Assembly: GCA_047495785.1 (NCBI GenBank)
Contig: JBLDXI010000014.1
Coordinates: 434,001 to 498,000, forward strand
Source of the DNA: Lepidodermella squamata
Taxonomy: Eukaryota; Animalia; Gastrotricha
Reading direction: 5' to 3'
Length of the DNA: 64,000 bases
Position numbers and translations under genes: made by a program. Of this stretch, positions 37,892 to 51,602 are shown one piece after another. Positions within the stretch are counted from its first letter, which is position 1. Each line of letters opens with the position of its first letter. The notes below the pieces were generated by a model. It was not told where the DNA came from and made no database searches. It worked only from the letters and a program-made list of their open reading frames with translations.

Positions 37892-38017
37892 CCGGGTGTC
37901 CAAAAACAGCCGCAGGGGGGCGAAATTGAAGAATTTCAAACGGTTTTGCAGATTAAACTCTTCATTAAATTTTCGCGCATAATCTTCGCCCCCTGTGGCT
38001 TTTTGTGGCCATCCTGG
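37892..38017. mobile_element. Short degenerate MITE-like element (Tc1/mariner-type end)
   Basis: Imperfect ~33-bp inverted arms ccgggtgtccaaaaacagccgcaggggggcgaa / ttcgccccctgtggctttttgtggccatcctgg. TA precedes the left end; no clean TA on the right. Confidence 0.5.
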
Positions 38018-38222
38018 AGTGATGGCATGGTAAGTTTCAATCTACCTACAGGTTTGGGTTCGGCATGGAATCATGTGTTTCTTTTTCATCTTTCCTCATT
38101 TGGACAACTTGAAAGAGCTTCACCGTGATAAAAATGACGGTAACCAGTCAGAAATAACACTTTTATTCAGAATCACAATTGGAAACACACTAGATAATCA
38201 AAGCTGATTTATAATTACAGAT

Positions 38223-39561
38223 TCAAAACCAGCGACCAGTTAATTGTTTGTGTTTAGCCATGTGAAGCTGGATTGCAGTAGAAATCTCAGGAGCTGTGCG
38301 ACTCCTGCCGTAGTAGTCGACAAAATGGCCATCCGGATTGATTAGATACATGATGATTGTATGGTCAACAATATAGTCTTTTTGTTCATCTTTGGGGCCC
38401 ATGCTGTAGTAAACACGGTACGCTTTTGAGACCTGTTTGATTTGCTCTTGCGACCCTGTAAGACCAAGCAGCTTCGGCGAAAATTCAGCCACATATTTTG
38501 CAATAACGGCAGGAGAGTCACGCTCAGGATCAACAGAAATAAACAATGGTTGCAATTTGGCCTTCGAACCAGCACCTTCGACCATGTTCACGACCTGAAC
38601 CATTTTTTCGATTTCATCAGGGCAAATGTCGGGGCAGTGGGTGAAACCAAAGTAGATCAACAGCCATTGCCCTTTGAAGTCCTCGCTTTTACGCGTTTTG
38701 CCAGTATGATCCACCAGCTCGAACGGGCCACCGATGTCAGCTTTTCCAAGAGATTTCAATCTCTCGCGTTCTTGTTCTGAAGTAAAAAAGGTATAGAAAA
38801 CCGATCAATAGATAGATGGCTCGCAACACGGTACAAATACAACAAACCTAACTGCTTCTGTTTGTCAAGATAATAAAGATACGCCCCGAGCGCCGCAAAT
38901 AAAGATAGGCCGATCGTCACTGACTTTACGGTGGGTCTCTGTTGCAATACAATTGAATAATATGTAAGACTTTATCAAATCAACGAAATCGATGGATTTA
39001 TGTGTTTCAGTGCGTTAATTTTTATAATTGTATTTCTTAAGCGTTTGGTCCGATATATTTGTACCGTATCACGCCCTAATCACTATAAAAATGTAAACCT
39101 TTGCGTCTCAGATATTTAAGCAATTGAGTAACAGCCGCTAAAATTCCGATTCCACCGAAAGCATACAAAACCATACGCCAAGTCACAATCTAGGAATTAA
39201 ATTGGCCATTTTCAAATTAGTCAAGTGACCGGAGTGCCTCATCAGACCGAAAATTACTTTCAAGTTGTTCTAATACTCACCCCAACTTTCGGACGATTGT
39301 TAGGTCCGCCACTGTTAGTTTGCTGCTGATCGGTGTGTTGATAACTGACTGGTTGCGAAATAAGACAACTAGGCTGAAGTAGCCGACGAGCGCTTAAACC
39401 AGAAACAACATATGATTGATTTTGTAAAGAGATCGGTTTAAAGAAACCAACCTCAATGTGACAAGACTGAAGCCACGTCCAGTTGAAAGTAAGTTAACCG
39501 TGCGATGGTTCAGTAACAAGTTTGACCTTAGCCGAGGTATCACGCGTATTGCGAAACTCAT
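38223..39561 (-). CDS. SCO1: Cytochrome c oxidase copper chaperone SCO1/2
   Basis: Arg-rich presequence MSFAIRVIPRLRS, a TM segment, 'IGGPFELVDH', 'YFGFTHCPDICPDE', 'YIVDHTIIMYL'. Confidence 0.93.
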
Positions 39562-39600
39562 TACGAATAATAATCCTAAAAATCCAAATAGAAAGTTGGG

Positions 39601-40006
39601 TTTCCGCCTTCATGAGAGGATCAATGGGCTCTGACTGATACCCATGGAAATACGAAAGTAATCGCAGGCGAGCCCGGCGGCACTGGGTCGCAGACCATTT
39701 CTTAGCTGGATAATTATCTCGCGCATACTTTTGATAGAAGGCGATCTTTTGGCTTCAGCATGTGAACTTTTTCCTCTCACCTCATCATATCTTAAACGCA
39801 GATTCACCATTCATTGTCAAGCTTGTCCGAACTCAATGAACCACGCACCATCCGCCGAGTAAGTACCTCAAGTTCACTATGAAATTAATGGGGCAAACAG
39901 AACGCCGTAGTAATAAAAGCTGACGCGACCCCGCTATAATCTTGCTCTCGTCCCGGAGACTCCCATTCGCCCGGCGGGATGAAGGCGGGAGGGCGAAGCC
40001 GGTCTC
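39601..40006 (+). ncRNA. Candidate structured RNA of unknown family
   Basis: Nested inverted repeats: 39601-39613/39979-39991 (13 bp, 2 G-U on +), about 39684-39690/39924-39930, about 39762-39769/39870-39877, plus a 3' hairpin at about 39956-40006. Confidence 0.3.
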
Positions 40007-41047
40007 AAGAACTGAAATGTCGCATAAGTGAACCGAACAAGGTCAAAATTCGAACGCGCCTTTTGCGCGCTAAAAATTCAAAATTGCAAAAACCGAAAAA
40101 TTCTTACACAATTTATATTTCAGATTTCGAAAGTTGCAGTCGTTTATAGTAAAATATGTCAAAAAAAATATGTTTGCAGCTTGAATTTTGATTTTTAGTG
40201 ATAATCGTGTCGCCGCTCCTGAATTCGCTGTACGCCGCAAACCTATATTTAGTACGTCGCACCGGACAAGTTCGCTGTTCAATGTTCAATGTCGCGTTGT
40301 GGCAAGTTTCAAGCCTGAAGAATATAATTTCCTAAACCTACCCTAACGGAGATGAAAACATTTTCCTGGATGCTTGGGCACAAATCACAAATAAAAAATC
40401 CAGCAGAGTTCGGTAGCTTCTGCTAAGGTGCCGTCAAAATAATAGGATTGGGGAGAACGACGCCAGTCTTGCCGAACTCTTGGACATCTAATCATCCCCA
40501 CATCTCCGCTCTCAGCCACTGCATGTTGCACGTAACTTACATACTATCATCGTTGTTGTCTTCTTCTGGGAAAATTAGGCTCTTAGTTCAGCGCGAACCG
40601 GCTTCTTCAACATTCGAACGAAGCCTTCCTTGTTTCTTAGCTCTGAGCCCTGTGTGCAACCTTGCCTTGTGCGGTCAATGAAACGTTATATTTTAGCAAG
40701 CAATGTTTTATTTCAAAAAAGTAGAGTTAAGCACCGGCCACGGGTGGTCTTATGGCGCATCAGACGTATATAACTTGTACTTTGTATTTTATATTCCTGA
40801 CTCCTGACTCGCTCTAAACTGGATCATATGCATGGCGCCTGGCGCGACCATTAGGCTTTCTTATACGAGTTCTGACAAGGGCTCATTTCAATATCTGCTC
40901 AATCATACTTACTCTTAATTCCTCTGTCAGATTCGTTACCTTGTTGTTCTACTTTTGGGGAATTAAGCTTTTGTATGCAGTAGGAAACGGAAATTACTTA
41001 TTTATTTCAATGGTATTTAATACATAGTGTCATCTGAGTTTTACACC

Positions 41048-42809
41048 ATGTCTGGGGAGCCGCGCTTGTACTTGAAAGCTGATGGTTCAGTGGTAAGTTA
41101 AATTGAATTTTGACCTGGAGGAAGAGATCTTACTAATATCGCCTTGCAGGTGTCAGGGGCCTCAACAAGTAAACTTATGGCTGCTGTTTCTCAGCCCACT
41201 CAGCCTACAAGAATATCAGCATGTGAGTAAAGTGCGCCTCCTTTTTATCAGTACTTTAATTTCTTATTTTGCCAGCAAGCCTTACCGTTCTCAATGCTCC
41301 CAAGGAACGAAAAGTCATTTATATAGCTCCTGTAAGTTCAATTAAGTATGCGCAGTTTAAATTCACTCGGCTTGATGTGTCTAGGTTGACTCGCGTTCGA
41401 TAGCTGGTACCAGTGGAGCTAATCAGATTAACAGAAATATGATACAAAGCAGCTCTACCCCACCGAGAACATCTTTTGAAGGTGGAGTTGCCACCATCAT
41501 CAGTAATCCCGTAGCACCCGGTGGTTCTGCACGAAATCTGGCTGCCGCTTTCCGTGTAACACCTGCCCGTCAAGTTCAGAGTACCTCTCATCCTACTCAA
41601 AGTTCTGAACATCCCTCTCAGTCCAGTTCTCGAGCTGCCTCCAACCGGCCTTTGGGATTGAACCATCAATCTCTAGGGCAGATACCATTAAATTTGAACT
41701 CGAGCGGAAGTGTTGCATCGCGACGAGAGAAATCCAGCAAAGGATTGCGGCACTTCGCAATGCGCGTCTGTCAAAAGGTCCGGCAAAAAGTAGTAACATC
41801 ATACAACGAAGTGGCAGATGAACTAGTCGGGGAAATGAGTGATGGATCTCATCAATCGCAAGCTGAAAGAGTAATTTCTAATTAATGTTGTGATAACAGA
41901 AAAATTACCATACCAAATTATTTTTCCAGGCTTACGATCAGAAAAACATCAGGCGTCGGGTTTACGATGCGTTGAATGTTTTGATGGCGATGCGTATAAT
42001 AGCGAAAGAGAAGAAAGAAATTCGGTGGTTGGGTTTGCCTACCAATTACGAAGAGAGGTACCGTGAAATGGAGGACGAGAAAAGAGCTGCTCAAGAGCGA
42101 ATTCGTGCCAAATTTCAAAATGTGCAAGAACTGCTGTTGCAGCAAGTTGCAGTGAGGCAGCTTATTGAGCAGAACAAAAGCCGCGAAGTTCAGGAAGGAG
42201 GCCCGCCTTCATCAGACACCTCGCTGCGTCTGCCATTCATTGTTGTTAGCACTGTAAGAGCCGAGAGTCGCTTTCAGTACCTGCAGACTATTAAATTGTT
42301 TTTCTTGATAGGGTCGACGTGCTGTGATTGATTGCAGCATTTCTGCTGATCGCCAGGAGTATGTTCTAGCGATGGACCAACCCTTCGAGCTTCAAGACGA
42401 GACAGACGTGATGCGCCGAATGGGGTTGACTCTTGGCTTGGACCAGCCAGGTCGGTGCACCGATGCATCAATGGAGACAGCTGTTCGGCTAGTGCCTCCG
42501 CTTATGGAGCCCTTCATTCGCGAGATGGGTCGTTCCGGAATAAATGGCCAAGCAGCAGTTGCAATCAGTGCGAATCTGCGGATCCCCGAGCTGCCTCAGT
42601 CAGTTAATCGGCAGTTATTCGGGAACTCGAAGTCTGGTCTTCCAATGATGGGATTGGCTGATGCCCTCGGCAAAGGCGGCAGTGGTGCAAATGGCGAGGA
42701 CGATGATCTCGACGAAATTGAAGATGAAATTGTTGATAGTGACGACGACATGGACGAGGACGAATTAGGTTCGGACGACGAAGACAGTAGGTTGTCAGGG
42801 GAAAACTAG
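41048..42809 (+). CDS. TFDP1: Transcription factor Dp (E2F dimerization partner)
   Basis: '[25 protein letters not shown]', '[34 protein letters not shown]', '[17 protein letters not shown]', acidic tail. Confidence 0.93.
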
Positions 42810-43780
42810 GCTATCATGTCGTCTTTTAGCCCCGAGATTCCAGATACGTATTTTTTGTTGTTAATACCTCTCAAAGCCTTGAAGACGTATATGACGCTGC
42901 ATACTGTCCAAAGTTGCCTTATCCTTACACGAACGATCGAATAATTATACGTGAAGAAACGGCTATTTAGTCTTTTTACTCCACTGCACCTATGTTGCAA
43001 CAATTATTTGTAAATATCTATCTATTAATATCTATAATATCTATATACAATATTATGAAATATATATATATTCATGAAATTAACGTTATTATTGTGAAGT
43101 TTTCTAGTTAGAACGCGGAGAGAATGTCAGAACGCATCATTATTTTGACATTGGCAATTGACATTGTATCTCGTTTATAGGTTTTAATACGCAACTTTTT
43201 TGAAAGTAGTGAAATCTCGCGCGCGGCAATCTGAGCTCACGGCGTTGCTCGCCATTATTGGTTTTGCGCTATCATTATTATCATTGTAACCCCCGAAATA
43301 TACCCATCATCTATAAATCTATATAAATTTGGAAAACTATTTGCTCGCTGTAAAATACAGATAATGTTTCCTTATGTTACGTATTAACATTATTACACCT
43401 CGATGCACCTTTTTACAGAAACCAAGTGCCTCCATTTTCTTCTTGTCGGCTGTTTGTAACAATACCTAGTGAATGATTCCTGCGAAACAGTTTCTGAACA
43501 AAATTTATTACCATTCGATATATTTGTATAAAATCGGAGATAATGATGACTCTTTTTCTCTCATTTGATTTGTCCACTTCGGGTTTTTTCTCGTTCGTCC
43601 ACTGCTTCTATCATTGTACGGTAAAATAATAATTATTTCGTTATATTTCTTGGCGAGCTATACGTCATCAACAGCATCATAAAAAACATCGTCGTTTATA
43701 CGATTTTGCGCCAATTAACAGAATGTTTAATAAATGATGGATGAATGACTTGCATGTTTTTATTTTAGAGTTTTATCAAA

Positions 43781-46104
43781 ATGCCGACAAAGGAAAAAGA
43801 GAGTAAATCAACTCTGGCGAATAAAATCGCAGAGATGGATCCGGAATTCGCGGAGTTTTTGAAATCAGAGGACCGCGATTTATTGGATGATTTGGGCGAG
43901 GTTGACGACGTCGATGCGGCGAGTGATGCCGAAGAGAGCGATCTCGACTTGGGCGATGAAAGTGAGGACGAAAATGAGGGCGATGAAGAGGCTGAGGAGG
44001 CTGAGGAAGATGAGGACGATGAGGATATCGTGCCACTTTCAGACGAAGAAGATGCCGATGAAGAAGTCGACATTCGGAAACTGGTCAAAGGAAAACGCAG
44101 TAAGGAGTCGAGTAAGCGAAAGGCCTCAGATCGAACCTTGTCTATGCAGCAGATCAATGACTGGGCTGAAGCGTTGGGTATCATCGTCTCGGGCGAGGCG
44201 AATGAAAAAGGAGCTCGGCAAGTCATTGAACAGATAGTCGCTGCTTTACGTTGCGCGGCTGATAAAATCAAACCGGCGAAGAAAGGCGACCGCGATCCGT
44301 CGGAGGGCAAGAAGAAGAAACGCTCCAAGCGTGGCGATGACGACGAAGATAACGACGAAAGTGACGTAGAAAGCGAGGATGAAGAGGCCGATCCGAAAAA
44401 TAAGCGGAAATCTGCTAAAAACAAGCGAGACACCGATTTTTTCTCAAAAATGTTTGAATACGTCGGGGCCCGTGAATTTCACGCCGTAGTCAAATTGTGC
44501 ATCAGCCAATTGGTCCCGGCATTCCTCGCAGTTTTACGCGGGGATGCGAAACCGGAGAATGAGTCGAAGAAGGCTAAAGGGATGCTCCAAAACGCGCATC
44601 AACTCCGCTGTTCGCCGAGCTGGTCTCGGCTGAAATTGTCCCTTCGCGTCTACATTGAAACCATCGTTGATTTGGTTAAATTTACTTCCGATGAATCAGT
44701 TGCTACAGAATTGCTTGCTCATTTGAATACGGAAGATGCTCAAACCTTAGTTTTTGCCCTACCCTCCACCCGTCGTACTTTAGTTCAAACGGTAGTTTCG
44801 ATCTGGTCGAAGGGCAGTTTAATCACGTCAACTGCCCTACTGGAACAGTGTCACTCGTTGATATTGACCACCGTTCGGAATTGCCCGGCTGCGAAAGTGG
44901 TCGTGCTCTACGAGCGAATTTTCCGCAGGCTTTACCGCGCTTTCATGGCCGCGTGTAAATTCAACGCGAAACGCGCCGATGACGCATCGCTGCAGATCGC
45001 CCTAGCCATGAGGAACCAGCTGACCAGTTTTGTCCTGTCAGCGCCGTTACCCGCAACCGCCCATGCACTGGCTTTTGTGCGTGTTCGCCAACTCTGCGGC
45101 CAACTGCGAGCCGCCTTATCAGCTGCGTCGTCCGAGACCCGCGCGAAATCGACTAAAGTTGTATTGTCTTGGCCGTTTTTGCGCTGTATTGACTTGTGGG
45201 TTGAGGTAGTCGCGACGTCGCCGGAGGGTCACGCCGTCCGACAGTTGGTCTACCCGCTAACTCAGCTGACGATCGGTACCGCCCGCCTGCACCCATCGCC
45301 CCGCTACTACCCGCTCAGATTCCACTGCATTCGATACCTCAACAGACTAGCCCTGGCTACCAGGACGTTCATTCCGACCCTATCGCTGGTTCTGGATGTG
45401 TTTTCGATTACGGATTTCAACGCTGCTGCTAGCAATAAAGGTGTAGCGGCGAAAAATGACGAGCGCAGAATATCGTCGCTGACTCACCTGTTGCATTTCT
45501 CCGAGTCCCAGCTGCACGATTCCGGTTTGGAAGGCGGCATGCTTGATGCTGTTGTCAATGATTTGCTGTATTTCGCTTCGGCTGAAATTCTAGCGACTTA
45601 TGCTAACCGGATTGCGTTTCCCGAACTCGCCATCGCGCTGATTGTCCGATTGAAGAAATTTATTAAGGTGGGCTATTTTTAAATTTAATAACCGACTTTT
45701 TTTACTTTTTTTTCTTCCAGGCATGCCACGTTCCCAGGTTCGCCGAAAAGATGAAGGTTTTGTTGCAAAAAATCGAAGAAAATTGCAAATGGATTGAAAC
45801 TCGTCGCCGCTCAAACACGGATCTTCATCCCGCGAATTCAGGAGCATGTCAGACTTGGGAAAACGAGGCCCGTGCAGCTAACCCACCTATGGTGCAATTT
45901 TTCGACCGAATCAAGGCTACATTAGCACTTGTTAACCGAGCTGCTAAACAAAAGACTGCTTCCTCAGATAACCAAACTGCTGAAAATCGGAAACGCAAAT
46001 CTCCGATCAAATCCGAACCCGGCAAACACAGTGGCGGGAAGAAACATTTCAACAAGAAATTTCAAAAGAACAAGCCCAAAAAGATGAAGCGAGAGGTTGC
46101 TTAG
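43781..46104 (+). CDS. NOC2L: Nucleolar complex protein 2 homolog
   Basis: 'DPEFAEFLKSEDRDLL', acidic N-region, 'LVYPLTQL..P.PRYYPLRFHC', 'IAFPELA..RLKKFIK'. One intron at about 45668-45720. Confidence 0.9.
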
Positions 46105-46259
46105 TACTTGGTGCAAACTTTAAATAATAATTGTTGGAGATTGGAAAATAAACAATTTATTCAAAGCAACGTTTAATTGTTTTGCGTTTACACATGATTG
46201 CATCGAGGCGCAAGCTTCTCACATATGCATGCGTTTTATCGGCGCCAGTTTAAGACCTT

Positions 46260-48075
46260 TCAGCAGAGAACGCAAGAGGTGATACGGCGATCGTGGATAA
46301 TATCTTGAATGTCCCGGTCTTTCGTTTCGGGTAACTTGAATGTGAAAAGGACCAGTCCAGCAACACTGATAATCAAAAACGGGAGGAAAGAAAACTCTCC
46401 CAAGTATGGCTGAAAAATGAGCCGTGAAATTGAAAGAAAGTAATTTAAAGGCAATGAACTCACCAGTAGGACGTTCTCGAAAAGAAGTGCCACAATCACA
46501 GTTGAGGCCAAATTGCAAGTGCCTCCGATACTCGCAGCCGTAGCACGATACTCTGTAAAACTCGATGCTATAGTCATGCTCCAGAAATTAACCGCAGCTT
46601 ACCGCTAGTAAACAATTCGGAGGCGATGAAGTTGGGGACAGGCGCCAACCCCTCCGCAAAGCCAATGATGAACAAAATGACAGTAGCAATTGTGCCCCAA
46701 GCGAGCAACTTGTTTTCCGGATACTGCTTCGCAGCGAGCAGCAGAGCAATTTGAGCTACGACAGACAAGCAGAGCAGCAGATACGGTGGCAGAAGCATTT
46801 TTCTGCGGCCCAGCCGCTCCATAAGAGGCACACAGATGATAGTAGCTACTACGTTGATTGTGGACACGACAAGAACAGCGTAAGAAATCTCTTTGCCGAC
46901 CAAGCCGGCATTCTCATAGAGCGACCTGGCGTAAAAGAAGACTACATTGACTCCAGAGAGTTGCTGGCATGCATTTAGGGTCATGACAAGGATTATGGGC
47001 CACTTGGTATCGGGGCGTCTAAGGAAGAACAGCAAGCCACCTTCCTTCTTAGTTTGCGCCATGGCATCTTTGGACTCTTCACGGAGGGTTCGCATTTGAA
47101 CAGTAACGTTTTGCGTGCGGTAAAGTTTGATGAATGACCTATATATTTATTAAGGATGAATAGAAAAAAGTCATATAAAACTAATAAAGTGACTCACTCT
47201 TGTGCAGCTGTGTAGTCGCGTTGAATAACTAGCAACCACTTGGGACTTTCTTGAGCAATCGGCGATAACAACATCAGCGCAGAAACGGTGCAGAAAAACG
47301 ACTGAGCTCCAACTCCAACGGGCCATAGTAAATCAGAACCGAAGGAATCCTCCAGCGTAAGGGCGGTTCCAATTAAGATTCCGATGGTGATTGAAAGTTG
47401 GCTACACGCTCCGAAGGCACCGCGAAGATGGCGTGGGGCGATTTCAGTGACGTACATTGGGACGATCGCAAAGCAGGCACCCGAGGCCATGCCAGTGATA
47501 AATCGACTAATCATGAGCAATTCGACTGCGTTTGACATTTTAGAAATCGTTGCTAATAACGCTCCAATCAACGAGAAAATGAGCGTCAACAAAATGGCTC
47601 GTCGGCGACCCACTCTATATCATATAAAAATATTAAATATTTTCAAATTGTTTACATGATGACTTACTTGTCGGCTAATGGCCCAGAGACGTATGCGCCA
47701 AGAGATCCACCTAACGCGAAAAGAAGCACGATCACCGAGAAGAAGGCCGTGGTTGCCGTGTTCTCGGTATCAACGATGCCGTAGTGGTCTTTGATGGAAT
47801 ATCGAATGAAGTCTTTGATGTACTGAAAAAGTCGAGAGGGAGATAGAAATATTAGGTTTGATTGCCAGGAAATAGTATTATACTAACTGTAGCAGGGATA
47901 TTGAGGCATCCTATGTTATATCCATAAATGAATGGGCCGCCGATGAATGCTCCAGCTGCGGTAAACACCATTGGAAAAGTTGCGGAGGACTGTTGAATTT
48001 TTTTGGAAAATTATATAATTTTTTGAAATAAGAGGTAGAGCAAACCTTGACAACGATAACATCCTTGTCCGTCAT
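46260..48075 (-). CDS. SLC2/GLUT-like sugar porter, copy 1
   Basis: GRR loops, 'VPMYVTEIAPRHLRGAFG', 'ESPKWL', 'QQLSGVN', 'LPETK'. Multi-exon. Confidence 0.88.
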
Positions 48076-48857
48076 TTTGTATTTTTGAGATCTTAAAATC
48101 TGCAAGCAGAAAATGATATGTGATTGTTTTCTTCGGCTCTTTCGAACTATGGCGCAAACAACTACCCGGCTAATTAGCACTTGTTTACAGCGAATAGGTA
48201 TGAGAAAAACACGGGGACCGTCCACAAGGTTGCCACATTAAAAGCGGAATTTGTAGCTTTGACCATATGGCTAGGGAGACAGAAGATAAGCGGCCGCTTT
48301 GAGAAGTGGGCGGTTTTTATAAGCTATTAAAGATAAAATCAGGCAACATTCTAAAAATGCACACTATTTGCTTTTCCGGGAAGAAGCCCGCTTAAATTGA
48401 ACGGAAAGACGCGAAGCAATTTTCGCACCTCTATGCGAAATGTGGAAGAAAAATATCAAAATAGATAAGCAGGAGATATATATCTAGGTGAAATGCAAAT
48501 ACCTATATGCTTCATTTTACATGCAACGGTTGCAGCGGAAAATATATAGACGACACAACAATTTCTTCCGATGCAAAACTTTCTTGTTTCAGCCTCTGCA
48601 GCGATGACTTGGCTGACCTATAAGATTGGTAGACTTCGCGCAATAAATTTAAATAATTGGCACCAACCTTTAGACTTCCAGCTTTTTTCTCGTTGCTAAG
48701 GTATGTTGTCATGTAATACGTAGCGATATTTATTTCATTTTGAAAAGTTACGACATACAATTTATGCGAGGAAAGCTTAAGCAAGCTCTATTTTCCTTTC
48801 TTTTCTTCGCGTTTTCTTTGTTATTTTTTATTTGTTATTGCGGTGCGCTCTTGACTA

Positions 48858-50737
48858 CTACGCTTTGGTGTACTGCGGTTGGGAATATGGCACATAAGCG
48901 GGTGGTGGAGGTTGAAATGAATCGCCAGTGATGAGGTTCGTAGAAGACGGAATGACAGTCATGGCAACGTCCTGTTTTTCTTCGCTCTCCTCGGAATCTG
49001 GGCAGCCCAATTCGCGGTAGATGTCACTGATAGGTCGATTCTTTGTTTCTGGCAGTTTGATCCAGAAGAAGACCAAAAACAGCACAGAGCATACAAGGAA
49101 AGGCAAAAATGAATAGGTCTTCAAGTAAGTCTGAAAAATTAAAAGCAACATTAGTTCTTAGATCTTTGAATGCATCATTGTATAATTAACCTGCAAGACG
49201 TTTTCGAATAAAACCCCAACAAGCAAGGTGGCACTCAGGTTAACTACAGTTCCAATGCCGGCGCCAACTGCTCTCGGGCCAGGTCGGAAAATTTCGGAAG
49301 CGCTGAAGTTGGGGATTGGTCCGAGGCCCAGTGCGAAGCCGACGACGAAAATTGCGACGGCTACAATTGCAGCCCAACTCAACGCAAGTTTACCATCTTC
49401 ATCCAGCTCCAGTTCTTCACTGAGGGTCAACAGAACCACCTGGCCTACTAAAGCCGCGCACATTACCACCATCGGATAAAGCAGTAGCTGCCGCCGTCCG
49501 AAGCGTTCGATCATCGGCACGGCGAAGAGCGTCGCAATAACGTTGATACCAGAAACAGCAAGACCGGCGTAGCTTTGTTCTGCAGGGTTCAGCCCAGCTG
49601 AAGCGTAGAGTGAGCTGGCGTAGAAAAATACAACGTTGATGCCTGATAGCTGCTGGGCGGTGTTCAAAGTGATGACAAGAATCACGGGCCATCTGAGTTG
49701 GGACGATGTTAGCAGTTTCCAGAACGTCCATTCCTCCTGAGCAGCCCCGGGCGAATCGTTTTGAACGTTTGCTTCCTGTCTGATATCCGCTAACAAATCG
49801 TCGACATTGACGCGGTTGTAAAGCTTCTGCAGTGCCCTGAAAACAGCCTGAAAACATGATCAAATAAGCAAAAAGGCAAATAGCGAACTCTACTGCCGCT
49901 GCCTCGTCTTTCTTCACGATGAGCAACCATTTCGGACTTTCGATGGCGGCCGGCATCAACAACATGACAGCAGATAAGACGCTGAAGAAAGCCATGCAGG
50001 CCATGCCAACAGGCCATAAATCTACGAAAATGCATTGGATTCTCGGAAAAAAGATGATTGCTGACTGACTCACCTTCAGACCCAAGGGTGTCCTCAAGTG
50101 TGAAAACAGTCGATATGAGTATACCAAAGGTCATGGCAAGTTGGCTGCAGGCTCCAACCGCACCTCGTATCACTCGCGGAGTTACCTCAGTAGCATATAC
50201 TGGCACGATCGCGAAACAGCAACCGGATGCGAAGCCGACCAGAATTCGAGCTAAAAATAGCATTTCGAAGCTGTTGGCCAATTTGCAGGTGCCATATAAG
50301 ATGGCGCTGATCAACGCTACGAAGTGAGTCATTAATACTGAGCTTTTTCTGCCTAATCGATCGGATAATGATGCCGAAGCGAATCCTCCAATAGCCCCGC
50401 CGAGACTGAGCAGCAGTACAACTACCGACTGAAGAGCTTTTTGCCATGTTTCTTCGCCCGGCGCGTCGTATTGACCATAGTGCTCATACAGAGATGCGTT
50501 GATAAATATCTTCGTGTACTAAGGATATTAATGGGGACATTTAAACTTCAAGGTCAAATCATAAGCTGGCACCTTTCCTGGCAGGCCAACGCAGTTGATA
50601 TTCCAACCATAAACAAAGGGTCCGCCAATGAAGCAGGCGAAACCAGTGAAGACCATTCGAAAAGTGACATGCTATAATGAAAGCATGTTTTCCAAATAGA
50701 GAACAACTTTCAAAGTAATTACCTCCGTAATCCCCAT
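48858..50737 (-). CDS. SLC2/GLUT-like sugar porter, copy 2
   Basis: 'VPVYATEVTPRVIRGAVG', 'ESPKWL', 'QQLSGIN', 'ERFGRR', 'LPETK'. Confidence 0.88.
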
Positions 50738-51174
50738 TCTTTCACCTCACGATCAAATAATCACCTTCGAAGTGAACTCCTATAGAACTGCACTAAATGT
50801 TGTCCACTATAGCTGCGGGAAAATCGAGATAAGATTGTTGGTAATATGAAAGTGGGCGCGTTCCAAATAGACTTGTATATCCGCCAAAAAGCTGATGTTA
50901 GTTCAATTGAACTAGTTCTTGAACGCTAGATTATAGAGATTTTATCGCAGGGTGTTATATCAGGCAGCTGTGGCACGATATATTATGGAAATCAACATTA
51001 TCGTGCTGAAACTTCCTATCCCACTCCTTAATGTGGAGAGCCAAGGTGTTAATTAACGCCAATAAAACGAAAGTTGGGTGTGTTGAGGGAGTAGTGTGGG
51101 AATTTAAAATAGTCTCAAAGTTATCAACCTCTTTTATCACGGCGGAAACGGTCATCCTCTCATTATGCAGCAAC

Positions 51175-51602
51175 CTATAGGCCAGGGTGTGACGATGTCT
51201 TATCGTCTTTAACCTCGCATGTCTCAGCTAATGAGGACGAACTCGTTCTTCCTCTTCCTTCTCTTATCTTCCTTCTCTTCCATCTCTATCTTCCTATTCT
51301 TCCTTCTCTCTTCCTTTCTTCTTCTTCCACTTCTTCCTTAGGGCCGCGCTGGCCTCTGCGCGCGGCGCTCTTCCTTTTCTTCCTTTTATAGACGAATTCT
51401 TGCGTTTTCAGTCAATGACGAGCCAATCAGCTTTCGACACATTTCAATTCGAAAATTATTAAGGCGCATTTTTTATTATTTTGTTTGCAGTTTTACGCAT
51501 AAGGCGATTTCATTACTGCGTCGCACTCATACTGTGTGTGTTTGTTTGTCGACTGTCGACAACCTTCGAGACAATGTTAAAGCTATAGGCCAGGGTGTGA
51601 CG
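51175..51602. repeat. 20-bp direct repeat CTATAGGCCAGGGTGTGACG bracketing a pyrimidine-rich tract
   Basis: Copies at 51175-51194 and 51583-51602. CT-rich tract at about 51244-51387 with an internal gccgcgc/gcgcggc hairpin. Confidence 0.7.

Noticed and set aside
40331-40347. CTAAACCTACCCTAAC as a telomerase template
   Set aside because: Imperfect match, outside the structured segment, with no pseudoknot context.
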